IMG/VR virus record: IMGVR_UViG_3300028393_000001
Span: 59,963-123,962 of that record
Length of the DNA stretch: 64,000 nt
Source of the DNA: a virus
Strand: one strand, 5' to 3'
Shown: positions 55,679 through 64,000 of the stretch, in pieces
Layout of the letters: every line of letters begins with the position of its first letter
Position numbering within the stretch: the first letter of the stretch is position 1
Position numbers and translations under genes: made by a program
Notes under the pieces: model-generated
Databases searched by the model: none
What the model saw: only the letters and a program-made list of their open reading frames with translations
What the model was told of the DNA's origin: nothing

Positions 55679-57343
55679 TTAATATATTCCGCCGTCAACT
55701 GCTTTAATGGTTACGGTACCTGCTGTAACTGTAAAATCTGTTGTAGCAAAAGATGCTAGACCCAATACTGAGGTAGTAGCCGTTGGAATAGCGTTAGCTG
55801 TAACAGCAGTAACTAGACCTTTTGCATTTACAGTAATTGCTGGTACACTAGTTGAAGTACCAAAACTACCTACATTACTATTAACAGTTGCTAGGGTAAG
55901 TGCTAAGCTTGTTGTTCCTGAGCCAGTAGCATCACCAGAGGCTGTAATTGTCTGGTTATCTGTTAGGTATGCTACTGTAGAGGCCGCAGTTACTAAACCT
56001 TTAGCATTAACAGTAACATTATTAAATGTACCTGTGTTACTATTAACTGTAGCTAGGGTAACTGTTGCAGATACATTTGCTGTACCATCTACTGCGGTTA
56101 GTGTAGCTGTAGCATCGCCTGTTAAGCTTAGGTTACGAGCTGTTTCCCACTTATTTGTAGAAGAGGCAACACCGGTTATTGTACCGACAATATTACCGTA
56201 GATTGAACCGGAAGTGCGAATATCTTTATTAAATGACCAGCTATTATCAGCCGAAACATAGAGTATGGTAGCAGGGGTTGTAGGACCAACAACTGTTAGA
56301 CCAGCACCGTTAGCAGCAGCAGCCGTGGTAGCGTCTTTAGCTAAGATAATATTTAGGTCAGCTACAGCTATTGCTGTTGAATTAATTGTTGTTGTAGTAC
56401 CCTGAACTGTTAAGTTACCTGTAATTGTAGCATTACCGCTTACACTAATATTAGTGCTCGTAATGTCATCACTTGTAAGGGTACCATTTACTGTTACATT
56501 ATTAAATGTTACGTTATCTGTTATGCCGACAGCTTGTCCGATTGCAAAGCTAACTTGATTATTTGTAACTGTAGTATTTACACCAGTTCCGCCAGCAAAA
56601 GTTAAAGTATCAGTACCAACAGCTACTGTATCAGTTCCTGTGGTGCCGGCAATTGAAAGACTGCTTGAGATTGCAGCAGTAGTTACTGAAGTTACTAAAC
56701 CTTTAGCATTTACAGTAACTACTGGAATTGCTGTTGTCGAACCAAATGTACCTACATTAGAGTTAACCGTAGCTAGAGTAAGTGCAAGAGCTGATCCACT
56801 GTTAGTGCCGGTGGCATCGCCACTTGCTGTAATACTAGTAAGATAACTTACATTAGAAGCTGCAGTTACTAAACCTTTACCATTTACTGTGACGTTATTG
56901 AAGGTACCTGTGTTACTATTAACTGTAGCAAGTGTTGCTACAGCAGTTACATCCCCAGTACCATCAATTGATGGAGATGTATATGTAACATCACCTGTTA
57001 AACTAAGGGTACGCGCTGTAACCCATTTAGTAGCAGAACTAGCAACACCTGTTAAATTGGCTGTAATTGTACCAGCTGCAAAATTACCACTACTATCACG
57101 CTTGACTAAGGTTGAAATAGTGTTTAAATTAGTAGCCGCTGTAACCATATCGGTAAAATATTTACCACCAATTACTACGTGATTTACAGCATTTCCACTA
57201 GTTTCAGTTCCGGTACCAATGTACAGCCTATCTCCACCATTTGAACCATTATCAACTAATGCGGAATACGCTAATTCACCTGCACCTAATGTGCTTGGAT
57301 TACCCGAGGTTTCTGATCTTTTGATCTTAATTGTTGACGCCAT
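55679..57343 (-). CDS. tail fibre-like protein
   Basis: IKIKRS....P..L..GELAY N-terminal motif; repeated LATVNSN.G.F..VTVN.KGLVT; DGG.Y end. Confidence 0.8.
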   Translation of the reverse strand: MASTIKIKRSETSGNPSTLGAGELAYSALVDNGSNGGDRLYIGTGTETSGNAVNHVVIGGKYFTDMVTAATNLNTISTLVKRDSSGNFAAGTITANLTGVASSATKWVTARTLSLTGDVTYTSPSIDGTGDVTAVATLATVNSNTGTFNNVTVNGKGLVTAASNVSYLTSITASGDATGTNSGSALALTLATVNSNVGTFGSTTAIPVVTVNAKGLVTSVTTAAISSSLSIAGTTGTDTVAVGTDTLTFAGGTGVNTTVTNNQVSFAIGQAVGITDNVTFNNVTVNGTLTSDDITSTNISVSGNATITGNLTVQGTTTTINSTAIAVADLNIILAKDATTAAAANGAGLTVVGPTTPATILYVSADNSWSFNKDIRTSGSIYGNIVGTITGVASSTNKWETARNLSLTGDATATLTAVDGTANVSATVTLATVNSNTGTFNNVTVNAKGLVTAASTVAYLTDNQTITASGDATGSGTTSLALTLATVNSNVGSFGTSTSVPAITVNAKGLVTAVTANAIPTATTSVLGLASFATTDFTVTAGTVTIKAVDGGIY

Positions 57344-57352
57344 TTTATGTCC

Positions 57353-57688
57353 TTAATATTGGCCACATTCAAAGGCCTGTTTTTCTAAAATTCTACTGGC
57401 TTTCCATTTTAGGTCAGAAGAACCGTATATTAGTAGTGCACCATCTGGTACACCTGATGAAAAGTCTACATCTAGTAGAGTTGAAACTGAGGTAGCTGCA
57501 GACTGACCAGCAGGGCCTTGGGGTCCCGGAACAGTAGATGCTGCTCCAGCTACACCTGGAGGACCTTGTGGTCCCTGAGTGGATGAAATTACAGGTTCCC
57601 TTACCTTAGTAATATAGGAAACTATATTAGTTGTATAATCTGTTACAGATTGTATAGTATTATTTGCTACGACAATATAATCAGTCAT
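57353..57688 (-). CDS. short collagen-repeat structural protein
   Basis: QGPQGPPG..PGPQGPAG; L.DVD...DG.LL.Y....W. Confidence 0.75.
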   Translation of the reverse strand: MTDYIVVANNTIQSVTDYTTNIVSYITKVREPVISSTQGPQGPPGVAGAASTVPGPQGPAGQSAATSVSTLLDVDFSSGVPDGALLIYGSSDLKWKASRILEKQAFECGQY

Positions 57689-57689
57689 C

Positions 57690-58280
57690 TTATCTTATTG
57701 CCTCCCTAGTTAAGGATATTATACCAGTACAAAAAGGTGTTACCTGTCCTCCACTAGAGGTAAGATTTAAACCGTAAACAGCAGTAGTAAAAGAAAAGGT
57801 ACTAGTAGTGGCTGCAGGTATATTTAATGTTATAGTCTTATTAGTATTGTTAATAACTATTTGACCATTTGTGGTACTAAGTTCTTGAATTACAGTAGTA
57901 CTATCAATACTTTCACGTATCTGCATACGTCCAGTGTATCCTGTTAAGTTAATAGGAGTATTGTACTCTAATATACCTCCACCAGTATAGGCTTTAAATC
58001 CTATACTATTTATGTCATTAATAGTAACAGTATTAGTAGTTAAACTAGATACTTGATAATATTCCTCATTATTGTTTAAATCCGTCATACCTAGTATATT
58101 AGTAAATTTTACACGCCAATTTAATGGTACACCATGAGCTGGCGCAGTTACTACTATAGGAGCAGATCTACTTGCATCTGTAATAGGTATATAAGTTTTA
58201 TATTCGGATTCCCAACGTAATTCTTCATTAAACGTCGTCCCTTGATATATAGTAAAATTTATTCTTGCAGGTGTTGTCAT
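57690..58280 (-). CDS. virion/baseplate-associated structural protein
   Basis: IYQG.TF, INLTGYTGRMQIR motifs with an inserted AHG..V.F....GMT.LN beta domain. Confidence 0.7.
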   Translation of the reverse strand: MTTPARINFTIYQGTTFNEELRWESEYKTYIPITDASRSAPIVVTAPAHGVPLNWRVKFTNILGMTDLNNNEEYYQVSSLTTNTVTINDINSIGFKAYTGGGILEYNTPINLTGYTGRMQIRESIDSTTVIQELSTTNGQIVINNTNKTITLNIPAATTSTFSFTTAVYGLNLTSSGGQVTPFCTGIISLTREAIR

Positions 58281-58630
58281 TACACTCCTCCTGTATTAAC
58301 GCTATGCGACATTACTATATGTAATCTAGCAATCTCTTTATTAAGATTAGATATTTCTAGTTGCAGTTTCTGATTTTCTAAGGTAAGGTCAGTTAACTGC
58401 TGACTCAAACGAATGAGCTCTGCCTGTAATTTTCCAACTTCAGTGGAAAAGGCAGTATTTTGTACATTCATGCGCTCTAATTCGGTTTGCATAATTTTTA
58501 ATAAATTACTCTCTGCCGAATTGCTTTTCCAGTTTTTGATTATCAGCTGTATTCCAACTGCTAAACTTATTGTGGCTAATATAAAAGCTGTAAATAAACT
58601 TGACGTGTTATTTAAATCTATAATTTCCAT
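58280..58630 (-). CDS. single-TM coiled-coil protein
   Basis: N-terminal TM, leucine heptads; AAGGA SD. Confidence 0.7.
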   Translation of the reverse strand: MEIIDLNNTSSLFTAFILATISLAVGIQLIIKNWKSNSAESNLLKIMQTELERMNVQNTAFSTEVGKLQAELIRLSQQLTDLTLENQKLQLEISNLNKEIARLHIVMSHSVNTGGV

Positions 58631-58692
58631 AAGGCGTTCCTTTAAATATGTAATTTAGGCACAAATTTTAGACGCCTATATGATTTTGTTCT

Positions 58693-58721
58693 ATTATATC
58701 ACGTTGGCACTACTATGTCAA
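58693..58721 (-). promoter_or_regulatory. consensus sigma70 promoter
   Basis: Minus strand TTGACA-17-TATAAT with extended TG. Confidence 0.85.
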
Positions 58722-58724
58722 GAT

Positions 58725-58769
58725 AAAAAAATTCCCGCCCCCCTATTTCTAAGGAGCGGGATATTTTTT
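58725..58769 (-). terminator. intrinsic terminator
   Basis: TCCCGC..GCGGGA stem flanked by A and T runs. Confidence 0.7.
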
Positions 58770-58783
58770 ATAATTTGTTAATA

Positions 58784-59794
58784 TTAGAATGTTATTGACC
58801 AAGTACCTACAGTTTTCCATGCATATATTCTAAAATCAGTATCAGTATATTCTATAGGTGAGCCTGTGTAGGAAGCAGGTGCTGGGTAATCTTTTGGATA
58901 CTTTATAATGACAACGCCAGAACCACCAGCACCACCGTTTCTAGCATAAGAACCACCACCACCACCACCAGAGCTATTGGATGCGGCCCCCTGAGTACCG
59001 GCGCCTGCGCTGTATACCATTACACTTGTACTAGGGTAGGCAGCAGGTCCCTCATAATATTCTCCCTGGCCACCACCTCCAAGCCCTCCAATACCTTTAT
59101 AATTACTACCATAATAAATATAAGTGGCACTACCGCCACCACCACCACCAAAATAAGGATTACCATATCCACCAACATTCATCTGGCCAACTTTAAGTGT
59201 GTCGTTAGCTGTGCGGTCCAGCCAAGCAACGTAGGTACCGGCTCCACCTGCGCCACCTGCAGCGTTCGCTGTTCCAATACCACCTCCACCACCACCTCCA
59301 CCAGCACTACCACCTGTTGCAACAGATCCGCCATTTATACCAGTACCAGCTCCATAACCACCATTATTACCTTGACCAGAAACTCCAAGTCCGCGTCCCA
59401 AGTAGGAGCCAGAAGAGGCACCACCACCAGAGCCACCATTTGCACCACTTGTAGTGGTTGTAGCATTGCGCCCGGCTCCTCCACCTCCGCCAAATGCGGT
59501 AATTATTGAAAATACTGAATTATCGCCATTTGTACCAGTACCAGCTGTATAACCACCAGACCCGCCCGCGCCTACAATAACAGGATATTCAATACCAGAA
59601 TCAATAGCAAATGAGGTACCTTGAAGTACACCACCACCACCACCACCAGCGCCGGATGCTACTGTTGCTGTAGCAGCATAGTTAGTGCCACCTCCTCCAC
59701 CTCCTCCAGCAACTACTAGATAGTAAACACTAGGAGTTTTGTTTGAACTTGAACTAAGAGCAGTAATTATTGAAATTGATGAAAGTCTTGACAT
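58784..59794 (-). CDS. glycine-rich domain protein (fibre-associated)
   Basis: YLVVAGGGGGG...GGSGVVIIKYP signature. Confidence 0.8.
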   Translation of the reverse strand: MSRLSSISIITALSSSSNKTPSVYYLVVAGGGGGGGTNYAATATVASGAGGGGGGVLQGTSFAIDSGIEYPVIVGAGGSGGYTAGTGTNGDNSVFSIITAFGGGGGAGRNATTTTSGANGGSGGGASSGSYLGRGLGVSGQGNNGGYGAGTGINGGSVATGGSAGGGGGGGGIGTANAAGGAGGAGTYVAWLDRTANDTLKVGQMNVGGYGNPYFGGGGGGSATYIYYGSNYKGIGGLGGGGQGEYYEGPAAYPSTSVMVYSAGAGTQGAASNSSGGGGGGSYARNGGAGGSGVVIIKYPKDYPAPASYTGSPIEYTDTDFRIYAWKTVGTWSITF

Positions 59795-59795
59795 A

Positions 59796-62700
59796 TTATG
59801 CGTACGAAGTTAAGCCGCCTATTACAGTCCATGTACTAGGGGTTGTTTGAATAAAGGATAGAGACATCAAATTAACTCTACTAGCTGTACCATTGGGAGT
59901 TACAGCATTCTGCCATTTTATTGTCTGCGCTACTGTATTAATTGTTATACTAGAAGGTAAATAAACTGTTCCTCCTTGTACCATTATTAAAGTAACATTA
60001 CTTATGTAACCCGCAGTAGTTGGTATATTGGTAAAATTTGCAACAAAAGTTGCAGTAATACTAGGAAAATAAAAAATAGATGATTGACTATAATCTAATT
60101 GTACTGAACCAGAAACTATTGTTGGAGTAGTATAACTTTCTTGAAATGCCCCTGATGTAACTATACCTGTAAAAGTAGGAGAAGCTTTTGGCGCTCTTAA
60201 ATTTATTGCAGTATTAGTTGCTGTACTAACTGGTTTATCTAAGTCAGAAGTATTATCTACATTAGCTAAGTTAACCATTGATTTAGTAATATTACTTGTA
60301 TAGGCAACTGTACCACCCGTACTAAAATTAACTGAACTTGCATCAGTACCTGTAAATGTTAAGGTATTACTTACAGTAAGAATTTTATCATTAGCAATAG
60401 TTAGGGTAGAACCAGATGCTGGGGCAGTAATTGTTACTTTATTAATTGTAGTAGCTGAGGCAACACCCAGCGTTGGTGTTACTAATGCTGGACTTGTAGC
60501 AAATACTAATGAGCCAGTGCCTGTTTCATCTGATATAATACTCAGTAATTCTGAGGAAGTAGTAGCAGCAAATGCTGATAACTTATTACTTGTATAAGCA
60601 ACTGTACCACCAGTACCAAAAGCAACTGAACTTAGATCAGTACCTGTAAATGTTAGGGTATTATTTACAGTAAGAATTTTATCATTAGCAATAGTTAATG
60701 TAGAACCAAGTGAGGGAGTAGTAATTGTTACTTTATTAATTGTAGTAGCTGAGGCAACACCAAGTGTTGGTGTTACTAATGCTGGACTTGTAGCAAACAC
60801 TAATGATCCAGTGCCTGTTTCATCTGATATAATACTAGCTAATTCTGCTGAAGTAGTAGCAGCAAATGCTGATAGTTTACTACCTGTATATACAACAGTA
60901 CCACCAGTACCAAAAGCAACTGAACTTGCATCAGTACCTGTAAATGTTAGGGTATTACTTGCTGTTAATGTTTTACCCTCTGCAATAGTTAGGGTAGAAC
61001 CAGTCGCTGGAGCAGTAATTGTTACTTTATTAATTGTAGTAGCTGAGGCAACACCCAGCGTTGGTGTTACTAATGCTGGACTTGTAGCAAATACTAATGA
61101 GCCAGTGCCTGTTTCATCTGATATAATACTCAGTAATTCTGAGGAAGTAGTAGCAGCAAATGCTGATAACTTATTACTTGTATAAGCAACTGTACCACCA
61201 GTACCAAAAGCAACTGAACTTAGATCAGTACCTGTAAATGTTAGGGTATTACTTGCTGTTAATGTTTTACCCTCTGCAATAGTTAGGGTAGAACCAGTCG
61301 CTGGAGCAGTAATTGTTACTTTATTAATTGTAGTAGCTGAGGCAACACCAAGTGTTGGTGTTATTAGTGTTGGACTTGTAGCAAACACTAATGATCCAGT
61401 GCCTGTTTCATCTGATATAATACTAGCTAATTCTGCTGAAGTAGTAGCAGCAAATGCACTAAGTTTATTGCTTGTTGTGGCTAATGTGCCACTAGTTGGC
61501 AGTATTAGTGATGTAATACCTGTTACAGTAAATGTTGTATCAAATGCACCGCTAGTAGTTAAATTACCTCCTAAAGTAATAGTCTTATTAGTGTTAGCTA
61601 CGCCAGTGCCGCCGTATTGACCAGAAATAATTGTACCTTGCCAAGTACCGGTACCTATTGTAGCAACACTAGTTAGGCTGGAAGTAATAACACCTGAACC
61701 AAGTGTTGTTCCACTTAATACATCAATACCAGCAATCTTAAATGTTTTACCAGCTACAACATTAAAAGGTTCTGAAGAAGTCCAGCCATTTGAGGCACTC
61801 CAAGTAATATATTTATCCGTTGTACCTTTAAGAGTAATACCACCACCTATGGCAGTTACATCTGTTGGGCTAGCTGTGTCGCCTAAGGTAATATTAATAT
61901 CATCTACAGAAACAGTAGTAGCATTAATAGTTGTTAGTGTACCATTAACAATAAAGTTACCACTAATTGTTAAATCATTATTAATTGTTGTAGTACCAGA
62001 ACTTGCACCAATGCTTAATGCTGTTGCAGCACCGAAGGCATTAATAGTAGTTGCAGTTGTATTCAATAATGCAAAATTTGTACTTGGCGTAGTTAATGAT
62101 GTAGTAATTGTTGGACTTGTACCAAATACTAATGAGCCAGTGCCTGTTTCATCTGATATAATACTAGCTAATTCTGAGGAAGTGGTACCAGCAAATGCTG
62201 ATAACTTATTACTTGTATAGGCAACTGTACCACCCGTACTAAAATTAACTGAACTTGCATCCGTACCTGTAAATGTTAAGGTATTACTTGCTGTTAGTGT
62301 TTTACCCTCTGCAATAGTTAGTGTAGAACCCGTTGCTGGAGCAGTAATTGTTACTCTGTTAATTGTAGTAGCTGAGGCAACACCAAGTGTTGGTGTTGTT
62401 AGTGTTGGGCTTGCTGAAAACACTAATGATCCGGAACCTGTTTCATCTGATATAATACTAGCTAATTCTGAGGAAGTAGTAGCAGCATGTACTGATAACT
62501 TATTACCTGTATAGGCAACAGTACCACCTGTACTAAAATTAACTGAACTTAGATCAGTACCTGTAAATGTTAGGGTATTGCTTGCTGTTAATGTTTTACC
62601 CTCTGCAATAGTTAGGGTAGAGCCAGTTGCTGGAGCAGTAATAGCTACTTTATTAATTGTAGTAGCTGAGGCAACACCAAGTGTTGGTGTTACTAATGTT

Positions 62701-63998
62701 GGAGAAGTTAAAGTTGCAGAATTTAAAGTTGGACTTGTAGCAAATACTAGTGCTCCACTACCTGTCTCATCGCTAATTACACCGGCTAATTCTGAGGAAG
62801 TAGTAGCAGCAAATACTGATAATTTACTACCTGTATATACAACAGTACCACCTGTACTAAAATTAACTGAACTTAGATCAGTACCTGTAAATGCTAGAGT
62901 ATTATTTATGGTAAGAGTTTTATTATCAGCAATAGTTAGTATAGAACCAGATGCTGGGGTAGTAATTGTTACTTTATTAATTGTAGTAGCTGAGGCAACA
63001 CCAAGTGTTGGTGTTACTAATGTTGGAGAATTTAAAGTTGGGCTTGCTGAAAACACTAATGAGCCAGAGCCTGTTTCATCACTAATTATACCTAGTAGTT
63101 CAGCTGATGTAGTAGAGGCAAATGCTGATAACTTATTAGCTGTATAGGCAACAGTACCACCCGTACTAAAATTAACTGAACTTGCATCCGTACCTGTAAA
63201 TGTTAAGGTATTACTTGCTGTTAGTGTTTTACCCTCTGCAATAGTTAGGGTAGAGCCAGTTGCTGGAGCAGTAATAGCTACTTTATTAATTGTAGTAGCT
63301 GTGGCAACACCCAGCGTTGGTGTTACTAATACAGGGCTTGTAGCAAGAACATTAGTACCAGTACCAGTAACTGTGGTAAATCCATCAAATGATGCGTACC
63401 AAGATGCTGCCGAAGTCCCTGTAATTGCTGTTACTGTAAAAGTAGCAGAAGTGCTTGGCGGTACTAATAAGATAGTGTTTAATCCACTACTTTGTACAGT
63501 TATGCTACCAGTACTATTATTTACAATTTGATATTGTTGGCCAGTTATTAATGTACTTGTAATTGGAAGTACTACAATTTGTGTTGCAGTACCCGTAAAA
63601 TATTGTTGATAATTACTGGAATTAGTTAACGTAGTAGTTAATGTATTAGTTATAGTAGTACTATACCCATTAATAGTACTTTTACTTGAAATTATATTTG
63701 CACTAATATCCGCTGCTGATAGAGTGCCAGTAAACGTTGGGCTTGCTGAAAACACTAATGATCCCGTACCTGTTTCATCACTAATTATACTAGCTAATTC
63801 TGAGGAAGTAGTAGCAGCATGTACTGATAACTTATTAGCTGTATAGGCAACAGTACCACCCGTACTAAAATTAACTGAACTTAGATCAGTACCTGTAAAT
63901 GTTAGGGTATTGCTTGCTGTTAATGTTTTACCCTCTGCAATAGTTAGGGTAGAGCCAGTTGCTGGAGCAGTAATAGCTACTTTATTAATTGTAGTAGC
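59796..63998 (-). CDS. long repeat tail fibre-like protein (start lies beyond the window)
   Basis: Frame is open to the window end; ~98-aa repeats SDETGTGSLVFATSP...TPTLGVASATTIN. Confidence 0.85.
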   Translation of the reverse strand, partial: ATTINKVAITAPATGSTLTIAEGKTLTASNTLTFTGTDLSSVNFSTGGTVAYTANKLSVHAATTSSELASIISDETGTGSLVFSASPTFTGTLSAADISANIISSKSTINGYSTTITNTLTTTLTNSSNYQQYFTGTATQIVVLPITSTLITGQQYQIVNNSTGSITVQSSGLNTILLVPPSTSATFTVTAITGTSAASWYASFDGFTTVTGTGTNVLATSPVLVTPTLGVATATTINKVAITAPATGSTLTIAEGKTLTASNTLTFTGTDASSVNFSTGGTVAYTANKLSAFASTTSAELLGIISDETGSGSLVFSASPTLNSPTLVTPTLGVASATTINKVTITTPASGSILTIADNKTLTINNTLAFTGTDLSSVNFSTGGTVVYTGSKLSVFAATTSSELAGVISDETGSGALVFATSPTLNSATLTSPTLVTPTLGVASATTINKVAITAPATGSTLTIAEGKTLTASNTLTFTGTDLSSVNFSTGGTVAYTGNKLSVHAATTSSELASIISDETGSGSLVFSASPTLTTPTLGVASATTINRVTITAPATGSTLTIAEGKTLTASNTLTFTGTDASSVNFSTGGTVAYTSNKLSAFAGTTSSELASIISDETGTGSLVFGTSPTITTSLTTPSTNFALLNTTATTINAFGAATALSIGASSGTTTINNDLTISGNFIVNGTLTTINATTVSVDDINITLGDTASPTDVTAIGGGITLKGTTDKYITWSASNGWTSSEPFNVVAGKTFKIAGIDVLSGTTLGSGVITSSLTSVATIGTGTWQGTIISGQYGGTGVANTNKTITLGGNLTTSGAFDTTFTVTGITSLILPTSGTLATTSNKLSAFAATTSAELASIISDETGTGSLVFATSPTLITPTLGVASATTINKVTITAPATGSTLTIAEGKTLTASNTLTFTGTDLSSVAFGTGGTVAYTSNKLSAFAATTSSELLSIISDETGTGSLVFATSPALVTPTLGVASATTINKVTITAPATGSTLTIAEGKTLTASNTLTFTGTDASSVAFGTGGTVVYTGSKLSAFAATTSAELASIISDETGTGSLVFATSPALVTPTLGVASATTINKVTITTPSLGSTLTIANDKILTVNNTLTFTGTDLSSVAFGTGGTVAYTSNKLSAFAATTSSELLSIISDETGTGSLVFATSPALVTPTLGVASATTINKVTITAPASGSTLTIANDKILTVSNTLTFTGTDASSVNFSTGGTVAYTSNITKSMVNLANVDNTSDLDKPVSTATNTAINLRAPKASPTFTGIVTSGAFQESYTTPTIVSGSVQLDYSQSSIFYFPSITATFVANFTNIPTTAGYISNVTLIMVQGGTVYLPSSITINTVAQTIKWQNAVTPNGTASRVNLMSLSFIQTTPSTWTVIGGLTSYA

Positions 63999-64000
63999 TG
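60300..64000. repeat. ~294-bp tandem coding repeats, at least 9 copies
   Basis: Anchor GCTG(A/T)GGCAACACC at 60454, 60748, 61042, 61336, 62371, 62665, 62989, 63298, plus a partial copy at the window end. Confidence 0.9.

Noticed and set aside
39843-63531. Many plus-strand V/P/A-rich ORFs
   Set aside because: Antisense shadows of Thr/Gly-rich minus-strand genes; no SD and no independent motifs.
59796-64000. CRISPR array or DGR template/variable repeat
   Set aside because: The repeats are in-frame coding units without unique spacers; no reverse transcriptase or adenine-specific variation is seen in the window.
1-64000. Stop-codon reassignment or suppressor tRNA
   Set aside because: Conserved genes are intact in the standard code, TAA, TAG and TGA all end genes, and no CTA/TCA/TTA anticodon tRNA was found.

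Overview
Part of a lytic T5-like (Demerecviridae-like) tailed phage genome, AT-rich. A proteobacterial host is inferred from the spanins, the outer-membrane protein and the ANDSQFALAA tmRNA tag. 1-9.2 kb (+): a cluster of 21 tRNAs, a circularly permuted two-piece tmRNA, a tRNA-like element, several stem-bracketed structured RNAs, and stress genes (Dps, ROSE-controlled Hsp20) plus a short C5-methyltransferase. 9.4-29.6 kb (+): the T5-type replication block (D3, glutaredoxin, D2, PC4-like, split NAD ligase, D5, helicase, primase, Pol A, D10-D15, dUTPase), class II NrdJ and a GIY-YIG endonuclease. 29.6-33.4 kb (-): a self-contained accessory operon with four paralogous small beta-domain proteins (one collagen-linked), a Gly-rich/coiled-coil protein with a nested in-frame start, and an atypical SOD. 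33.5-64 kb (-): PhoH, a lysis module (holin, embedded spanins, GH19 endolysin), a 5286-aa repeat/LamG protein and several tail-fibre-like genes. The best candidates for an undescribed system are the stem-bracketed ncRNA cassettes in the tRNA cluster and the 29.6-33.4 kb operon. All calls were made by eye from motifs and recalled family features; no searches or folding programs were run.
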